DNA of 64,000 nucleotides from Sedimentisphaerales bacterium (GCA_963663965.2 CAXXFK010000038.1:51958-115957); one strand, 5' to 3'. Counted from the stretch's first letter, positions 38,886-49,710 are shown. The notes: generated from the letters alone by a model not told the origin. Numbers and translations are program-made.

Positions 38886-41735
38886 ATGCCGGTAGTTATC
38901 AGGTTATGTGAAATGCGATACTGGTTGGGAATGGTTATGGTTGTGATGAGTTATCTGGGTGGGCAACTGGCTGGCCAGTCAGAATTTCAGGTTGGTGATT
39001 TGCGGTGCGAGTATCTGGTTGAGCCAATATGCCTTGATATTGAGGCTCCGCGTTTAAGCTGGAAATTGGTCGCGCCTGATGGCCGGTCATACGGATTACG
39101 GCAAACGGCTTATCGGGTCTGTGTGGCATCAAGTCAGGATAAGCTGGTCGCTGATGAACTCGATATCTGGGATAGCGGCATGGTCGCAAGCGAACAGAGT
39201 GTTCATGTTCGATATCAGGGCACTCCATTGATCAGCGGGAAAAAGTATTGGTGGCGGGTAGCGGTTCGCGATCATCTGGGACAAGAAGTCTGGTCCGGCC
39301 CATCGCATTGGCGTATGGGTTTGATGCATGGTGAAGATTGGATAGGAGCAAAATGGTTGACACTGGGAGATATGGAACAACCATCACCCGATGCGGAACG
39401 GAAATTCCAGAGAAAAGACATGGAAAAACCTGTCCTGAAGCGATCATATACTTCGGGATTGTTCCGGCGGGAATTCGAGATCGACCGGCCGATCAGGACC
39501 GCGATGGCATGGATCTGCGGGTTGGGGTATTATGAGCTTTCTATCAATGGCCATAAGGTTAGTGACCATGTTTTGGATCCAGGTCAGACCAGTTATGATC
39601 GCCGGGCATTCTATGTGGGGTATGATGTCACTTCACTGTTGAAAAAGGGGTGGAACGCCATTGGCGCGTTAACCGGGAATGGATTTTATGGTCAGACTAT
39701 CGGCTTTACGCCCGCACTAGGGTATAATAAGCCGTGCCTGATACTGCGGCTTCAAATCGAATACGAGGATGATTCTACGCAAACGATCGTTACCGATGAA
39801 CAGTGGCGGGCTACGACCAGCCCGATAGTATATGACAACGTTTACGCGGGAGAGACCTGGGACGCTCGTTTGGAGCAGCCGGGTTGGAATCGAAACGGCT
39901 TTGACGCCCAAGGGTGGCAAATTCCAAGGATGATTACCCGTCCAACGCAAAAACTGGAAGCTCAGAAGATTGAACCATGCCGAATGGTGAAAACCATTGC
40001 ACCGGTTGACATTCGGGCGGTCAAGGAGGGATGGATTATCGATCTGGGCCAGAATATCGCCGGCTGGATGGCGATCCGAGTGCAGGAAAAGGCGGGCACG
40101 CATATCATTTGTGAGCTGGCGGAGCATTTGGCGCCAGATGGCCAGTTGCTCGATCACGCATCGACAGGAGTCTTTGCCACGGGCGTCATTCAACAGGATA
40201 TTTATGTCTGTAAAGGGGAGGGCATTGAGTGCTGGCAGCCGAGATTTACCTATCATGGTTTCCGATACGCTTTGGTGAAAGGTTTGAGCCGGAAACCGCA
40301 ACCGGGCGATTTTAACGGGGTATTGGTACATACCGATCTGGAACGAGTTGGACAGTTTCAATGCAATCATGCCTTACTCAATCAGGAATATGATGTGTCA
40401 CTGTGGACGATCGTCGACAATCTGCACAGTATTCCGGAAGACTGCCCCCATCGGGAGAAGTGCGGCTGGCTGGGCGATGCCCATTGTACAGCGGTTGCAG
40501 ACATCTATAATTTTGATATGGCCCGTTTCTTCAACAAATATATGTTGGATATCGAAACGGTGCTGGGGCGTGGGGGGGAGACCTATCTGCACGAGAAAGC
40601 AACCCCGGGTATTCCATGTAATATTGCGCCAGGTAAACGGCTTTGTCAGGAAGCCCGGGTGGACTGGGGCGCGGCCATCGTTCTGATTCCGTGGTATCTG
40701 CAGCTTTATTATGGCGATGATGAAGTCTGGCAATATCATTATCCCCATATGAAACGATGGATCGAATATGTACAGCGTTATAAAAAGGATGGGATTATTG
40801 AAAATGGCTATGGCGACTGGTGTCCACCGGGTACGAATAGCCAGATGGAGTGTCCGCCCTATCTGACCTCGACCGTGATTTATGCCCGGGCGGTACAGAT
40901 CGCCGGAGACTTTGCCAGGAGACGGGGTGAGAATGATTTTTCCCAGTGGTGTATCAAGGAATATGATGAACTGGTAAGCGCTTTTTATCGAGAGTATATC
41001 AAGCCAATTGACGGACAGGATGCGCTGACCTGCGGATCTCAGACCGGCAATGCCATCGCTTTGGCGCTGGGCGTAATTAAACCGGAAGATCGCGATAAAG
41101 TCGGTCGCGGTCTGGTGTACGATATTGAGGTAAGGCATCAAGGCCATATCTCAACCGGGATCCACGGCAGCCGATATTTGTATTCCGTGTTATGTGACCT
41201 GGGTTATGATGAACTGGCGTGGAAATTGTTGACCCGTAAGGATTATCCCAGTCTGGGATATGTTTTGGCGCGGGGCCTGACAACGTGGCCGGAGGTAATG
41301 ATCGACTGGCCCGAAGGGCAATCCTGGAGCCCCAATTCCTATAATCATCCTATGCAAAGCGGTTTTGCGGCGTTTTTCCATGAGAGAGTCGGCGGCATAG
41401 TGCCGGATGAAGCTCATTGTGGATTCAAGCAATTCAGTTTGAAACCGTGTTTGTATCAACAACTTGAACAGGCGGATGTGTCATTTGAAAGCATTTACGG
41501 CACGATCTCCAGTCGATGGACCAGCAAAGCCGGCCGGTTTAACTGGCAGATTACCGTTCCTGCGAATACCCGTTCGATGGTTTATATACCTGCTATTGAC
41601 AGTGCATCAGTTCAGATCAACGATAAACTATTGCTCGATACCGAAAAGAAAGAATTTGTTCGGGTGGGAGATTATGTCAGATTGACTTTGCCTGCAGGAT
41701 GCTATCGGATAAACAGTATTATCGAGAAGCAATAA
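38886..41735 (+). CDS. Alpha-L-rhamnosidase, glycoside hydrolase family 78
   Basis: LRCEYLVEP...PRLSW, DLGQNIAG, PRFTYHGFRY, PEDCPHREKCGWLGD, YGDWCPP, SYNHPM; signal peptide. Confidence 0.92.
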   Translation: MPVVIRLCEMRYWLGMVMVVMSYLGGQLAGQSEFQVGDLRCEYLVEPICLDIEAPRLSWKLVAPDGRSYGLRQTAYRVCVASSQDKLVADELDIWDSGMVASEQSVHVRYQGTPLISGKKYWWRVAVRDHLGQEVWSGPSHWRMGLMHGEDWIGAKWLTLGDMEQPSPDAERKFQRKDMEKPVLKRSYTSGLFRREFEIDRPIRTAMAWICGLGYYELSINGHKVSDHVLDPGQTSYDRRAFYVGYDVTSLLKKGWNAIGALTGNGFYGQTIGFTPALGYNKPCLILRLQIEYEDDSTQTIVTDEQWRATTSPIVYDNVYAGETWDARLEQPGWNRNGFDAQGWQIPRMITRPTQKLEAQKIEPCRMVKTIAPVDIRAVKEGWIIDLGQNIAGWMAIRVQEKAGTHIICELAEHLAPDGQLLDHASTGVFATGVIQQDIYVCKGEGIECWQPRFTYHGFRYALVKGLSRKPQPGDFNGVLVHTDLERVGQFQCNHALLNQEYDVSLWTIVDNLHSIPEDCPHREKCGWLGDAHCTAVADIYNFDMARFFNKYMLDIETVLGRGGETYLHEKATPGIPCNIAPGKRLCQEARVDWGAAIVLIPWYLQLYYGDDEVWQYHYPHMKRWIEYVQRYKKDGIIENGYGDWCPPGTNSQMECPPYLTSTVIYARAVQIAGDFARRRGENDFSQWCIKEYDELVSAFYREYIKPIDGQDALTCGSQTGNAIALALGVIKPEDRDKVGRGLVYDIEVRHQGHISTGIHGSRYLYSVLCDLGYDELAWKLLTRKDYPSLGYVLARGLTTWPEVMIDWPEGQSWSPNSYNHPMQSGFAAFFHERVGGIVPDEAHCGFKQFSLKPCLYQQLEQADVSFESIYGTISSRWTSKAGRFNWQITVPANTRSMVYIPAIDSASVQINDKLLLDTEKKEFVRVGDYVRLTLPAGCYRINSIIEKQ

Positions 41736-41762
41736 AAATCAACATTACCGACGCATTGAAAT

Positions 41763-41801
41763 AAAAAAATGAGGGCCGACGATCGACGCCGGCCTTCATT
41801 T
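41763..41801 (-). terminator. Intrinsic terminator between convergent genes
   Basis: Minus strand aaatgaaggccg...cggccctcattt followed by T-run. Confidence 0.75.
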
Positions 41802-41820
41802 ATCGAAAGGAAAATTCTAT

Positions 41821-44280
41821 TTAGATAAATAAGTTGACATTGCCCTGCTCGGCGTTTTGCAGATAAAGCGCGACGCCGCCTTCTTCGACACCGTCAATCA
41901 TTTCGTCCTTTTTGATGCCCATCAGATCCATCGACATGGAACAGGCCACCAAACGGACGCCTGATTTCCTGGCATTCTCAATCAATTCTTCCAGGGGAGT
42001 GACATTCTTTTTATTCATAATCCCCTTAATCATCGTGAGGCCCATCCCGCCCATATTCATTTTGGAAAGGGTCAGCTTGCGCGCGCCGCGCGGCATCATG
42101 AAACCGAACATTTTCTCGATCAGGTTTTTACTGACCGGCGGGGGATTGTCCTTGCGGAGGGCATTAAGGCCCCAGAAGGTAAAGAACAGGGTTACGTGAC
42201 TACCCATGGCCGCCGCGCCACTGGCAATTATAAATGCGGCCATTACTTTGTCAAAATCACCTGAAAAGACGACAATCGTTTTATTTTTACTGAGCGGTTG
42301 CATGTTGGTTGACAAAGCCTTAGCTTCACTTTTAATAATCAGGGCGCGAACGGCACCTTGTTCTGGTTTGATATCGGCAAGTTGGTTCCCGGTGGACTGA
42401 CACCAGGCCGCCACATCCGGGGGGAAGCCCGGATCGGAAGCGATGATACTGACAGCCTGACCGACTTGAAGCGAATCAACGGCATTTTTTAACTGGACGA
42501 TCGGGCCCGGACATTGCAGGCCGCGGGCATCAATGGTCTGATCGGGTTTGATCTGAGTGGAGTCGGCGGCCGGATGAGTGCAAACCGGGGCCCCACAAAT
42601 CGATGCGGGAGCTTCCGGTTCGGCGGCCGCCAGGTCAAAAAAATCCTGATAGGTAGTATAACCGCCGGAAAGATTGCGACAGCGATAACCACGTTGAGAG
42701 AGCAAACGGCAGGCAATATAACCACGTAAACCCACCTTACAGAAGACGATCAGTTCCTTGCCTTTGGGCAATTCATCCAGGCGGCCGCGCAGTTCATCCA
42801 GAGGAATAACCATAGCCCCTTCAATCGTGCCCGTCTGGACTTCGGGGAGGGTACGAACATCAAGTAATATCTGGTTTTTACCGGGTGGCAGTTGATCTAC
42901 GTGGGCAAGCTGGACATCCCCATTGAGGGCATTGGAGGCGACAAAACCGGCATAATTGACCGGATCTTTGGCTGAGCCATAGGGGGGGGCGTAAGACAGT
43001 TCCAGATCCTGCAGCTCATAAACGGTCATCCCGGCGCGCTGAGCCACGGCAAGGACATCGATGCGTTTATCCACCCCATCGCTGCCCACCGCCTGGGCAC
43101 CGAGAATCTTACCATCAGTTGGATCGAACAGCAGTTTCAGGCGGATGGCCGCGGCGCCAGGATAGTATCCGGCGTGACTTTGCGGATGGGTATAAACTTT
43201 TTCATAAGCGATTTTTTGCTTTTTAAGCAATTTTTCACTGAGACCAACCATCCCGACAGACAGATCGAAGACTTTACAGATGGCGGTACCCTGGGTGTTT
43301 TTATAAACCGAATTGCGGCCAAAGATGTTGTCCGCCGCGATGCGGCCCTGACGGTTGGCCGGACCGGCCAGCGGTATGAGTGAATCGAGACCGGCGATAA
43401 AACTTTTTACTTCAACAGCATCTCCTACGGCGTAAATGGCCGGATCGTTGGTTTGCATGTGTTCATTAACGGCAATTCCTCCACGAGGCCCAAGATTCAA
43501 TCCGGCGTTTTCAGCCAGTTTTGTTTCAGGACGAACGCCGATAGCCATAATGACCAATGCGGTATTGATGGACTGGTTGTCTGACAGATCCAGTTTAAGC
43601 CCGTTGCCTTCGCCGGTGATGTTAGTTAGTGATACCCCCAGACGGAGATCAACGCCATGAAGACGCAACTGACGATGCAGGGGGGTAGCCATTTCGCGAT
43701 CAATAACATTAAAGACCTGGTCGGCTAATTCAACCAGGGTTACTCGTATCTTACGTTCATGCAAGGCTTCGGCCATTTCAAGTCCGATGTATCCACCGCC
43801 CACTACAACTGCGTGTTGAGGCTGTTCATTATCCACTACTTTTTTAATGGCATCCATATCGGGTATGTTGCGCAAAGTAAAGACGCGCGGGTGATCGATA
43901 CCGGGAATAGCGGGCTTGATCGGTTCAGCGCCAGGGCTGAGAATCAGGTAATCGTAGGGGGTGGCCTGTTCGCTGCCGGATTTTTTATCCCGGCTGATGA
44001 CTTCTTTCCGCTGGCGATCGATTTTAATCACTTCAGTATTGACCCGGACATCGATACCAAACCGCCAGGCCATCCGTTCTGGAGTCTGGACCAGCAGGCT
44101 GTCGCGTTTTGGAATGGCGCCGCCGATATGATAAGGCAGTCCACAATTGGCGAAAGAAATATATTCGCCCCGTTCGAACATGATAATTTCGGCATTTTCA
44201 TCCAGTCGGCGTGCGCGCGCGGCGGCCGAAGCTCCGCCAGCAACACCGCCCACGATTACAATACGTTTACGTTCGGACAT
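41821..44280 (-). CDS. CoA-disulfide/persulfide reductase fused to rhodanese, TusA and DsrE2 domains
   Basis: GGVAGG, SFANCGLPY, GGGYIG, LSYAPPY; rhodanese CKVGLRG; TusA GLQCPGP; DsrE2 LFFTFWGL...ACSMSMDLMG. Start ATG 44280 (or 44292). Confidence 0.93.
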   Translation of the reverse strand: MSERKRIVIVGGVAGGASAAARARRLDENAEIIMFERGEYISFANCGLPYHIGGAIPKRDSLLVQTPERMAWRFGIDVRVNTEVIKIDRQRKEVISRDKKSGSEQATPYDYLILSPGAEPIKPAIPGIDHPRVFTLRNIPDMDAIKKVVDNEQPQHAVVVGGGYIGLEMAEALHERKIRVTLVELADQVFNVIDREMATPLHRQLRLHGVDLRLGVSLTNITGEGNGLKLDLSDNQSINTALVIMAIGVRPETKLAENAGLNLGPRGGIAVNEHMQTNDPAIYAVGDAVEVKSFIAGLDSLIPLAGPANRQGRIAADNIFGRNSVYKNTQGTAICKVFDLSVGMVGLSEKLLKKQKIAYEKVYTHPQSHAGYYPGAAAIRLKLLFDPTDGKILGAQAVGSDGVDKRIDVLAVAQRAGMTVYELQDLELSYAPPYGSAKDPVNYAGFVASNALNGDVQLAHVDQLPPGKNQILLDVRTLPEVQTGTIEGAMVIPLDELRGRLDELPKGKELIVFCKVGLRGYIACRLLSQRGYRCRNLSGGYTTYQDFFDLAAAEPEAPASICGAPVCTHPAADSTQIKPDQTIDARGLQCPGPIVQLKNAVDSLQVGQAVSIIASDPGFPPDVAAWCQSTGNQLADIKPEQGAVRALIIKSEAKALSTNMQPLSKNKTIVVFSGDFDKVMAAFIIASGAAAMGSHVTLFFTFWGLNALRKDNPPPVSKNLIEKMFGFMMPRGARKLTLSKMNMGGMGLTMIKGIMNKKNVTPLEELIENARKSGVRLVACSMSMDLMGIKKDEMIDGVEEGGVALYLQNAEQGNVNLFI

Positions 44281-44291
44281 ATAACTCTCCA

Positions 44292-44639
44292 TTAATAAGA
44301 AGGGGATTGAGGGGATTTATCCAGTATAGGTGAACAATCGCAAGTATTTCTTATGCAATTGATCAGATTGGGCAATTGACGAGTATTTATCTGATAATAT
44401 ACAGTTCGGCCCTCTCGCCGGCTGGTTAAGAAACCGTGGCCTTTCATCAACCGCAGATGTTCACAAGTCTGATTCGGGGTCGACTGGCAGAGCGAAGCCA
44501 GTTCATGGACGGCAAAGTCACCTTGCATCAGCAATTCGACAATCCGCAAACGGACAGGGTGAGCCATGACCCTGAGGCATTCGGCTACCTGTTCTAACTG
44601 TGCTAAAGATAAAAGCAGGTCTTCATTAATTGACGGCAT
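44292..44639 (-). CDS. ArsR/SmtB family transcriptional repressor
   Basis: MAHPVRLRIV, HLRLMK, RREGRTVYY; Cys-rich. Confidence 0.92.
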   Translation of the reverse strand: MPSINEDLLLSLAQLEQVAECLRVMAHPVRLRIVELLMQGDFAVHELASLCQSTPNQTCEHLRLMKGHGFLTSRREGRTVYYQINTRQLPNLINCIRNTCDCSPILDKSPQSPSY

Positions 44640-44668
44640 AGAGTCCTTTTAAGTATCGAATAGTCAAA

Positions 44669-44688
44669 ATATCGTAACATAACGATAT
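44669..44688. promoter_or_regulatory. Probable ArsR operator (inverted repeat)
   Basis: ATATCGT-N6-ACGATAT just downstream of the -10 box of the arsR promoter. Confidence 0.7.
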
Positions 44689-44691
44689 ATA

Positions 44692-44720
44692 AATATATAA
44701 TCATTTCGCCAGCTTGTCAA
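44692..44720 (-). promoter_or_regulatory. Sigma70-type promoter of arsR operon
   Basis: Minus strand TTGACA (44720-44715), 17-bp spacer, TATATT (44697-44692). Confidence 0.75.
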
Positions 44721-45176
44721 GCGGAATGTGTGGTTAATTGAATAATTCAGGGAACGATAACCGAAATAATGAGGGGGAATAAACAATAACATCTGTGAAT
44801 TCAGTAAGATAAGTACTTTTTGGTTGATTTATCCGTGTGATTTGGCTAGTGTATTTAACCTGAATACAAAGATGCAGAAACCGGAAAAATAAGAGTCGAA
44901 GTGAGAGGGGTGGATTTTTATACAAATCACCATGGAATCTGCTGAAATCAGGCGAGAAGCGTCAAAAGCTTATAATTTAAAAAAGTCACTCAATTATTGT
45001 AATCAAAAATGCAATAAGGAACCTATAATCCTGTTAAAAGATTAACAGCCCGATTCATTGAGTTGGGAGTCATGGAGAAAAAACAAACAAACTTGTTTAA
45101 ATTTCCCTAATTTGTTAGTTATGTCAGGCATGATGATAGCGCATGCCAAGTAAATTTATAAAAATCGAGGCTTAAT

Positions 45177-46559
45177 GTGAAACCGAATAGATTATTTACT
45201 ACCATTCTGGAAGGAAAGCCGGATGACTCAATCGAGGTTTTGCCGGAACCAGATGAATTGATTATTCCCTTGCGGACCACTCGATTTCAATTTAACGATA
45301 TTGCGGTCAAAGAGGGACAGGATATCGAGATGGGAACGGTTCTGGCACGAGACGAAGACAATTTTTCGTTACCACTGTTAGCTCCTCGTGGCGGGATCGT
45401 TCGATTAGAAAAAGTGGCCGGGCACATTGTTCTCGAAAAGATAAAGTCCAAACCGGAGAAATGTTCTGCGGGACCCTATGCCGAAGCACATATCCAAAAG
45501 GATGACAAAACGGCGAAAATCCGTTTGCGTCGGCTGGTTGAAATGGGAGCCTGGTCCTATTTGTACAGCGCCCATGATTATTCGTTGCCCTCGCCGGATG
45601 TGACGCCCCAGGCAGTGATTGTATCAACCATGCGACTGGAACCGTATATGGCGCGTGGCAGTGTACAAATCAAACAGGAATTTGAAACGTTTGTTCGGGG
45701 TTTGGAACATTTGCAATCGCTGGTCGAGTACCAGCCGATTTATCTGGTGATGGCTCCCTCAGACGTGTCTGAGGAATCAGCCCGAATTCAGAATGCCGTA
45801 CGCGGATATGCTTCGGTAAAGGTTATTACGCAACCGCCAATATACCCTAACGACAATTTTACCTTGCTGGCGCGGCAGTTGAAGTTGAAATCGACGGCAG
45901 AGCAACCTGTGTGGTGTTTGAACGCCAGCGGTGTATTGACGATTGAGAAGATCCTGTCGCAGGGAACACACGATACGCGACGGACGATTGCCATTGCGGG
46001 TCCGGGGGTTGAGAAACCTACCCAGGTGAAGGCCTTGATCGGTTATCCCATCCAAGCAATCTTAAAAGGCCGTGTCAAGGTGGAACCCAGTCGAGTAGTA
46101 TACAATGGTGTCTATACCGGGCGTATGCTGGGAGATGATCTGCAGGGCGTTGACCTGGAATGCGGAGGGTTGACGGTTCTGGAAGAACAGACCCAGCGTG
46201 AGTTTTTGAGTTTTATCAACCCGGGTTTCGACAAACAGAGCTTCAGCAAAAGTTTCGCCAGTTTGATTCGCGGCAGTTTTCGCGAAAAGAAAACCACTGC
46301 CATTGGCGGTGAGCGTCGCCCCTGTGTCAACTGTCAGTTTTGTGAAGATGTCTGTCCGGTGGGCATTATGCCTTACCTGATTCATAAGTACCTGTATCAG
46401 GATATGCTGGAAGAGGCGGAAAAAGCGCGCCTGGATCTTTGTATTCTGTGCGGATTGTGTTCTTACGCGTGTCCGTCGAAAATAGAACTGCGTCAGCAGT
46501 TTATCGAAGCCAAGGAACGGATCAAAGAGGAATTGCACAGCGTAACAGTGGAAGAATAG
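45177..46559 (+). CDS. nqrA: Na+-NQR subunit A with intact 2x[4Fe-4S] ferredoxin domain (RnfC-like)
   Basis: First gene of nqr cluster; VKEGQDI, REFLSFINPG...KTTAIGGERR (NqrA-type); CVNCQFCEDVCP and CILCGLCSYACPSKI. Confidence 0.8.
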   Translation: MKPNRLFTTILEGKPDDSIEVLPEPDELIIPLRTTRFQFNDIAVKEGQDIEMGTVLARDEDNFSLPLLAPRGGIVRLEKVAGHIVLEKIKSKPEKCSAGPYAEAHIQKDDKTAKIRLRRLVEMGAWSYLYSAHDYSLPSPDVTPQAVIVSTMRLEPYMARGSVQIKQEFETFVRGLEHLQSLVEYQPIYLVMAPSDVSEESARIQNAVRGYASVKVITQPPIYPNDNFTLLARQLKLKSTAEQPVWCLNASGVLTIEKILSQGTHDTRRTIAIAGPGVEKPTQVKALIGYPIQAILKGRVKVEPSRVVYNGVYTGRMLGDDLQGVDLECGGLTVLEEQTQREFLSFINPGFDKQSFSKSFASLIRGSFREKKTTAIGGERRPCVNCQFCEDVCPVGIMPYLIHKYLYQDMLEEAEKARLDLCILCGLCSYACPSKIELRQQFIEAKERIKEELHSVTVEE

Positions 46560-46666
46560 TTGTCGCTTTGAATGCGTTCTATTCGTTGATGGAAACCGCC
46601 TGAAGGCGGAATCCGTTTTATCATGGCAACCAGACATAAACAGGGTTGCAGCTATAACGGAGTCTT

Positions 46667-47761
46667 ATGAAGATATTACTGAAGCTATTTGAGAAGTGTC
46701 GTCCGATGTTCGAAGAAGGCGGGCAGTTGCATTTTGCGTTGCCGCTATTCGATGCGATAGAGCATTTTTTCTTTGCTGCTGCCGCCCGGACCCAGGTTGC
46801 TCCGCACATCCGAGATCCTCTGGATATCAAACGATATATGATGATGGTAATCTGGGGATTGCTGCCGGCCGTGTTGATGTCCTGGTATTTCTATGGATTG
46901 CGGGTACTGGCCGTGATTATCGTCTCCTATGCCGTGGGCGGCCTGATCGAAGTGGCCGTGGCCTGTATCCGCAAGGAAGAGATCAATGAAGGCTTTCTGG
47001 TCACCGGGCTTCTGTTTCCGATGGTCCTTCCTCCGGCCTTGCCATTGTGGATGGTGGCTGTGGGAGTGGCTTTTGGCGTCCTGGTCGGCAAGGAAATATT
47101 TGGCGGGACAGGCCGCAATCTATTTAACCCGGCGTTACTGGGACGTTGTTTTCTCATGCTGGCGTATCCAACAGCGATGACGAGCAATTATGTGATTCCC
47201 AAAACGGAGTTTCCCGGCCGGTTATTTACCTGGGTTGGAGACTTTTTCAATCTGGATGCCACCACCAGCGCGACTCCGCTGGCCGCTTTAAAGGGAGAAG
47301 GCGCTCTGGCGTCGCTGAAAGACTTGTTCCTGGGTGTGCATGCCAGTAGTCTGGGGGAAAGTTGCACCCTGGCCCTTTTACTGGGAGGTTTGTTTTTATT
47401 GTTTACCCGGGTATCCAGCTGGCGAACCGTGGTCTCGGTGCTGGGATCGTATTTTGTCATGTCCCTGGTGATGCACATGATCAATGGGGACAAATATCCC
47501 TCGCCCTTGTGGCAACTGAGCGCGGGCGGCATTATGCTGGGCGCTCTTTTTATGGCCACCGATCCGGTATCCAGTCCGATGACCCGCAGCGGCCGCTATA
47601 TGTACGGGATATTGATCGGCGTGGTAGCCGTGCTGATCCGGAACCTGGGCGGCTATCCGGAAGGTGTGATGTTCTCGATTCTGATGGGGAATATTGCGGC
47701 GCCGGTGTTTGATGAGATAGCAATTAAACTGCGATTACGGAAACTAGCCCATGAAGGATAA
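46667..47761 (+). CDS. nqrB: Na+-NQR subunit B (NqrB/RnfD family)
   Basis: PHIRDPLDIKRYM, INEGFLVTG, KEIFGGTGRN, FMN site TSATPL, FMATDPVS. Confidence 0.9.
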   Translation: MKILLKLFEKCRPMFEEGGQLHFALPLFDAIEHFFFAAAARTQVAPHIRDPLDIKRYMMMVIWGLLPAVLMSWYFYGLRVLAVIIVSYAVGGLIEVAVACIRKEEINEGFLVTGLLFPMVLPPALPLWMVAVGVAFGVLVGKEIFGGTGRNLFNPALLGRCFLMLAYPTAMTSNYVIPKTEFPGRLFTWVGDFFNLDATTSATPLAALKGEGALASLKDLFLGVHASSLGESCTLALLLGGLFLLFTRVSSWRTVVSVLGSYFVMSLVMHMINGDKYPSPLWQLSAGGIMLGALFMATDPVSSPMTRSGRYMYGILIGVVAVLIRNLGGYPEGVMFSILMGNIAAPVFDEIAIKLRLRKLAHEG

Positions 47762-48374
47762 TTTATTTACAGCAATATTTGCCATTGTGCTGGGAACAGT
47801 GTGCGCCTTTCTGCTGACCGGCGCCCGGGAGACGCTCAAGGGCCGTCAGGATGCCAATCGAAAAGCGGAACGGATCCGCAATGTGCTGGCCGTTTTAGGC
47901 GCAGAGAGCGGTGAAGAGGTCAGCAACGATGAGTTAATCCGTATATTTGAAGAGCGGGTACAGGTTAAGGAAGGCGAAGGTGACGCATTGACCTTATACC
48001 GTTATACCGATCCGACCACCAAAGAGGTATCGGCCATTGCGATCCCATTTGAAGGGCCGGGATTGTGGGCACGGATCAAAGGGTATCTGGCGCTGGAACC
48101 AGACATGAAAACCATCAAGGGGGTCACCTTTTACGAACAGGAGGAAACCCCGGGACTGGGTGGCGATATTGCCGAAGCGCCGTTTTGCAACCAGTTTATC
48201 GGCAAACAGATTTTTGATAAAAACGGCAAGCCAGGATTTTATGTGACCAAGCCGGACATGGCCAAAGGGATCAACGAGGTCGATGGCATTTCGGGCGCGA
48301 CGATTACCTGTGATAAAGTGACCGAAATGCTCAATAAAATGATCGAAAAACTGGCGAACGAATCCAAACCGTAA
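47751..48374 (+). CDS. nqrC: Na+-NQR subunit C
   Basis: GPGLW, ETPGLG, FMN site VDGISGATIT. Confidence 0.9.
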   Translation: MKDNLFTAIFAIVLGTVCAFLLTGARETLKGRQDANRKAERIRNVLAVLGAESGEEVSNDELIRIFEERVQVKEGEGDALTLYRYTDPTTKEVSAIAIPFEGPGLWARIKGYLALEPDMKTIKGVTFYEQEETPGLGGDIAEAPFCNQFIGKQIFDKNGKPGFYVTKPDMAKGINEVDGISGATITCDKVTEMLNKMIEKLANESKP

Positions 48375-48403
48375 TTGCACTAACGTAACTGGAATTGTTG
48401 TTT

Positions 48404-49066
48404 ATGAGTTCAAAAGAAAATTGTAATACGTGTCGACTGGAAGGTTTTTGCGGCGGCAAAGGCAAAGAGACGCTATTGGACGGGATCTGGAAACAAAATC
48501 CGATTTCGATCCAGATCCTGGGCATTTGTTCGGCGCTGGCCGTAACCAATAAACTGGAAAATTCGTTGATTATGGGCGTCGCGCTGATATTTGTCTGTGT
48601 CGGTACGAATGTGTTCGTATCCTTGCTGCGTAAGATGATCCCGCGCCGGATCCGTATGATCGCGGAAGTGACCATCATCGCGACGTTTGTCATTTTATTC
48701 GATCAGTATCTGAAAGCTTACAACTGGGAAATGTCGCGGCAGTTGGGGCCCTATGTGGGACTGATTATTACCAACTGTATCGTCATGGGTCGCGCGGAAG
48801 CGTTCGCGTTGCAGAACCCGCCCATGCTCAGCGTGCTGGATGGTGTGGCCAACGGCATTGGGTATGCCATATTCCTGGCGGCTGTCGCGGCGATCCGCGA
48901 GTTGCTGGGGAAAGGGGAACTGTTGGGTTTTGTTGTGTTGCCCAGGGAATTTTATCTGCCCAACCAGGTGATGATCCTGGCGCCGGGCGCATTTATCGTG
49001 CTGGGCTTTTTAATCGCATTATCGAATGTTTTCAAGGCTCCTGAAGAAGAGGAGGACAGCAAATGA
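48404..49066 (+). CDS. nqrD: Na+-NQR subunit D
   Basis: QILGICSALAVT, VGLIITNCIVMGRAEAFA. Confidence 0.92.
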   Translation: MSSKENCNTCRLEGFCGGKGKETLLDGIWKQNPISIQILGICSALAVTNKLENSLIMGVALIFVCVGTNVFVSLLRKMIPRRIRMIAEVTIIATFVILFDQYLKAYNWEMSRQLGPYVGLIITNCIVMGRAEAFALQNPPMLSVLDGVANGIGYAIFLAAVAAIRELLGKGELLGFVVLPREFYLPNQVMILAPGAFIVLGFLIALSNVFKAPEEEEDSK

Positions 49067-49671
49067 GTGGACCATCCCCCTGGATCATTTTGATTGCGGC
49101 AATTTTTACGAACAATATCCTGCTGGCCAACTTTCTGGGCATGTGTTCTTTTCTGGCCTGTTCGCGTCACATCCAGACCGCATTGGGATTGGGGACGGCA
49201 GTGACCTTTGTTACGACCTGTACTGCTATCATCAATTACGGTGTGTATTATCTGATATTGAAAGAGGGCGCTCCGCTGTGCAGTTATGACCTGACGCACC
49301 TGACCTTCATTGTATTCATCGCAGTGATCGCGGCATTTGTCCAGTTTGTGGAAATGTTTGTGGAGCGGTTCAGTCCCAAACTGTATTTCGCACTGGGTAT
49401 CTTTTTGCCGTTGATTACAGTAAATTGCGCGATTCTGGGCGCATGCCTTTTTATGATTACCCGGAATTATAATTTTCCACAGACCGTTGGGTTTGCGTTT
49501 GGCGCGGGAGTGGGCTGGATGCTGGCAATTGTACTGATGGCCGGACTGCGAACGCGCATGGGGTACAGCAATATTCCACGCCCTTTTAAAGGGGTGGCGA
49601 TTGTCATGGTGATTACGGGTATTATGGCGATGGCTTTTATGGGATTCGCCGGTATGGTTAATATCCAATAA
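49063..49671 (+). CDS. nqrE: Na+-NQR subunit E
   Basis: FLGMCSFLA, FIAVIAAFVQ, GIFLPLITVNCAILG. Confidence 0.92.
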   Translation: MSGPSPWIILIAAIFTNNILLANFLGMCSFLACSRHIQTALGLGTAVTFVTTCTAIINYGVYYLILKEGAPLCSYDLTHLTFIVFIAVIAAFVQFVEMFVERFSPKLYFALGIFLPLITVNCAILGACLFMITRNYNFPQTVGFAFGAGVGWMLAIVLMAGLRTRMGYSNIPRPFKGVAIVMVITGIMAMAFMGFAGMVNIQ

Positions 49672-49710
49672 ACATACGACAGGTAAAGCAACATCTAATC
49701 AGGAACTGCA

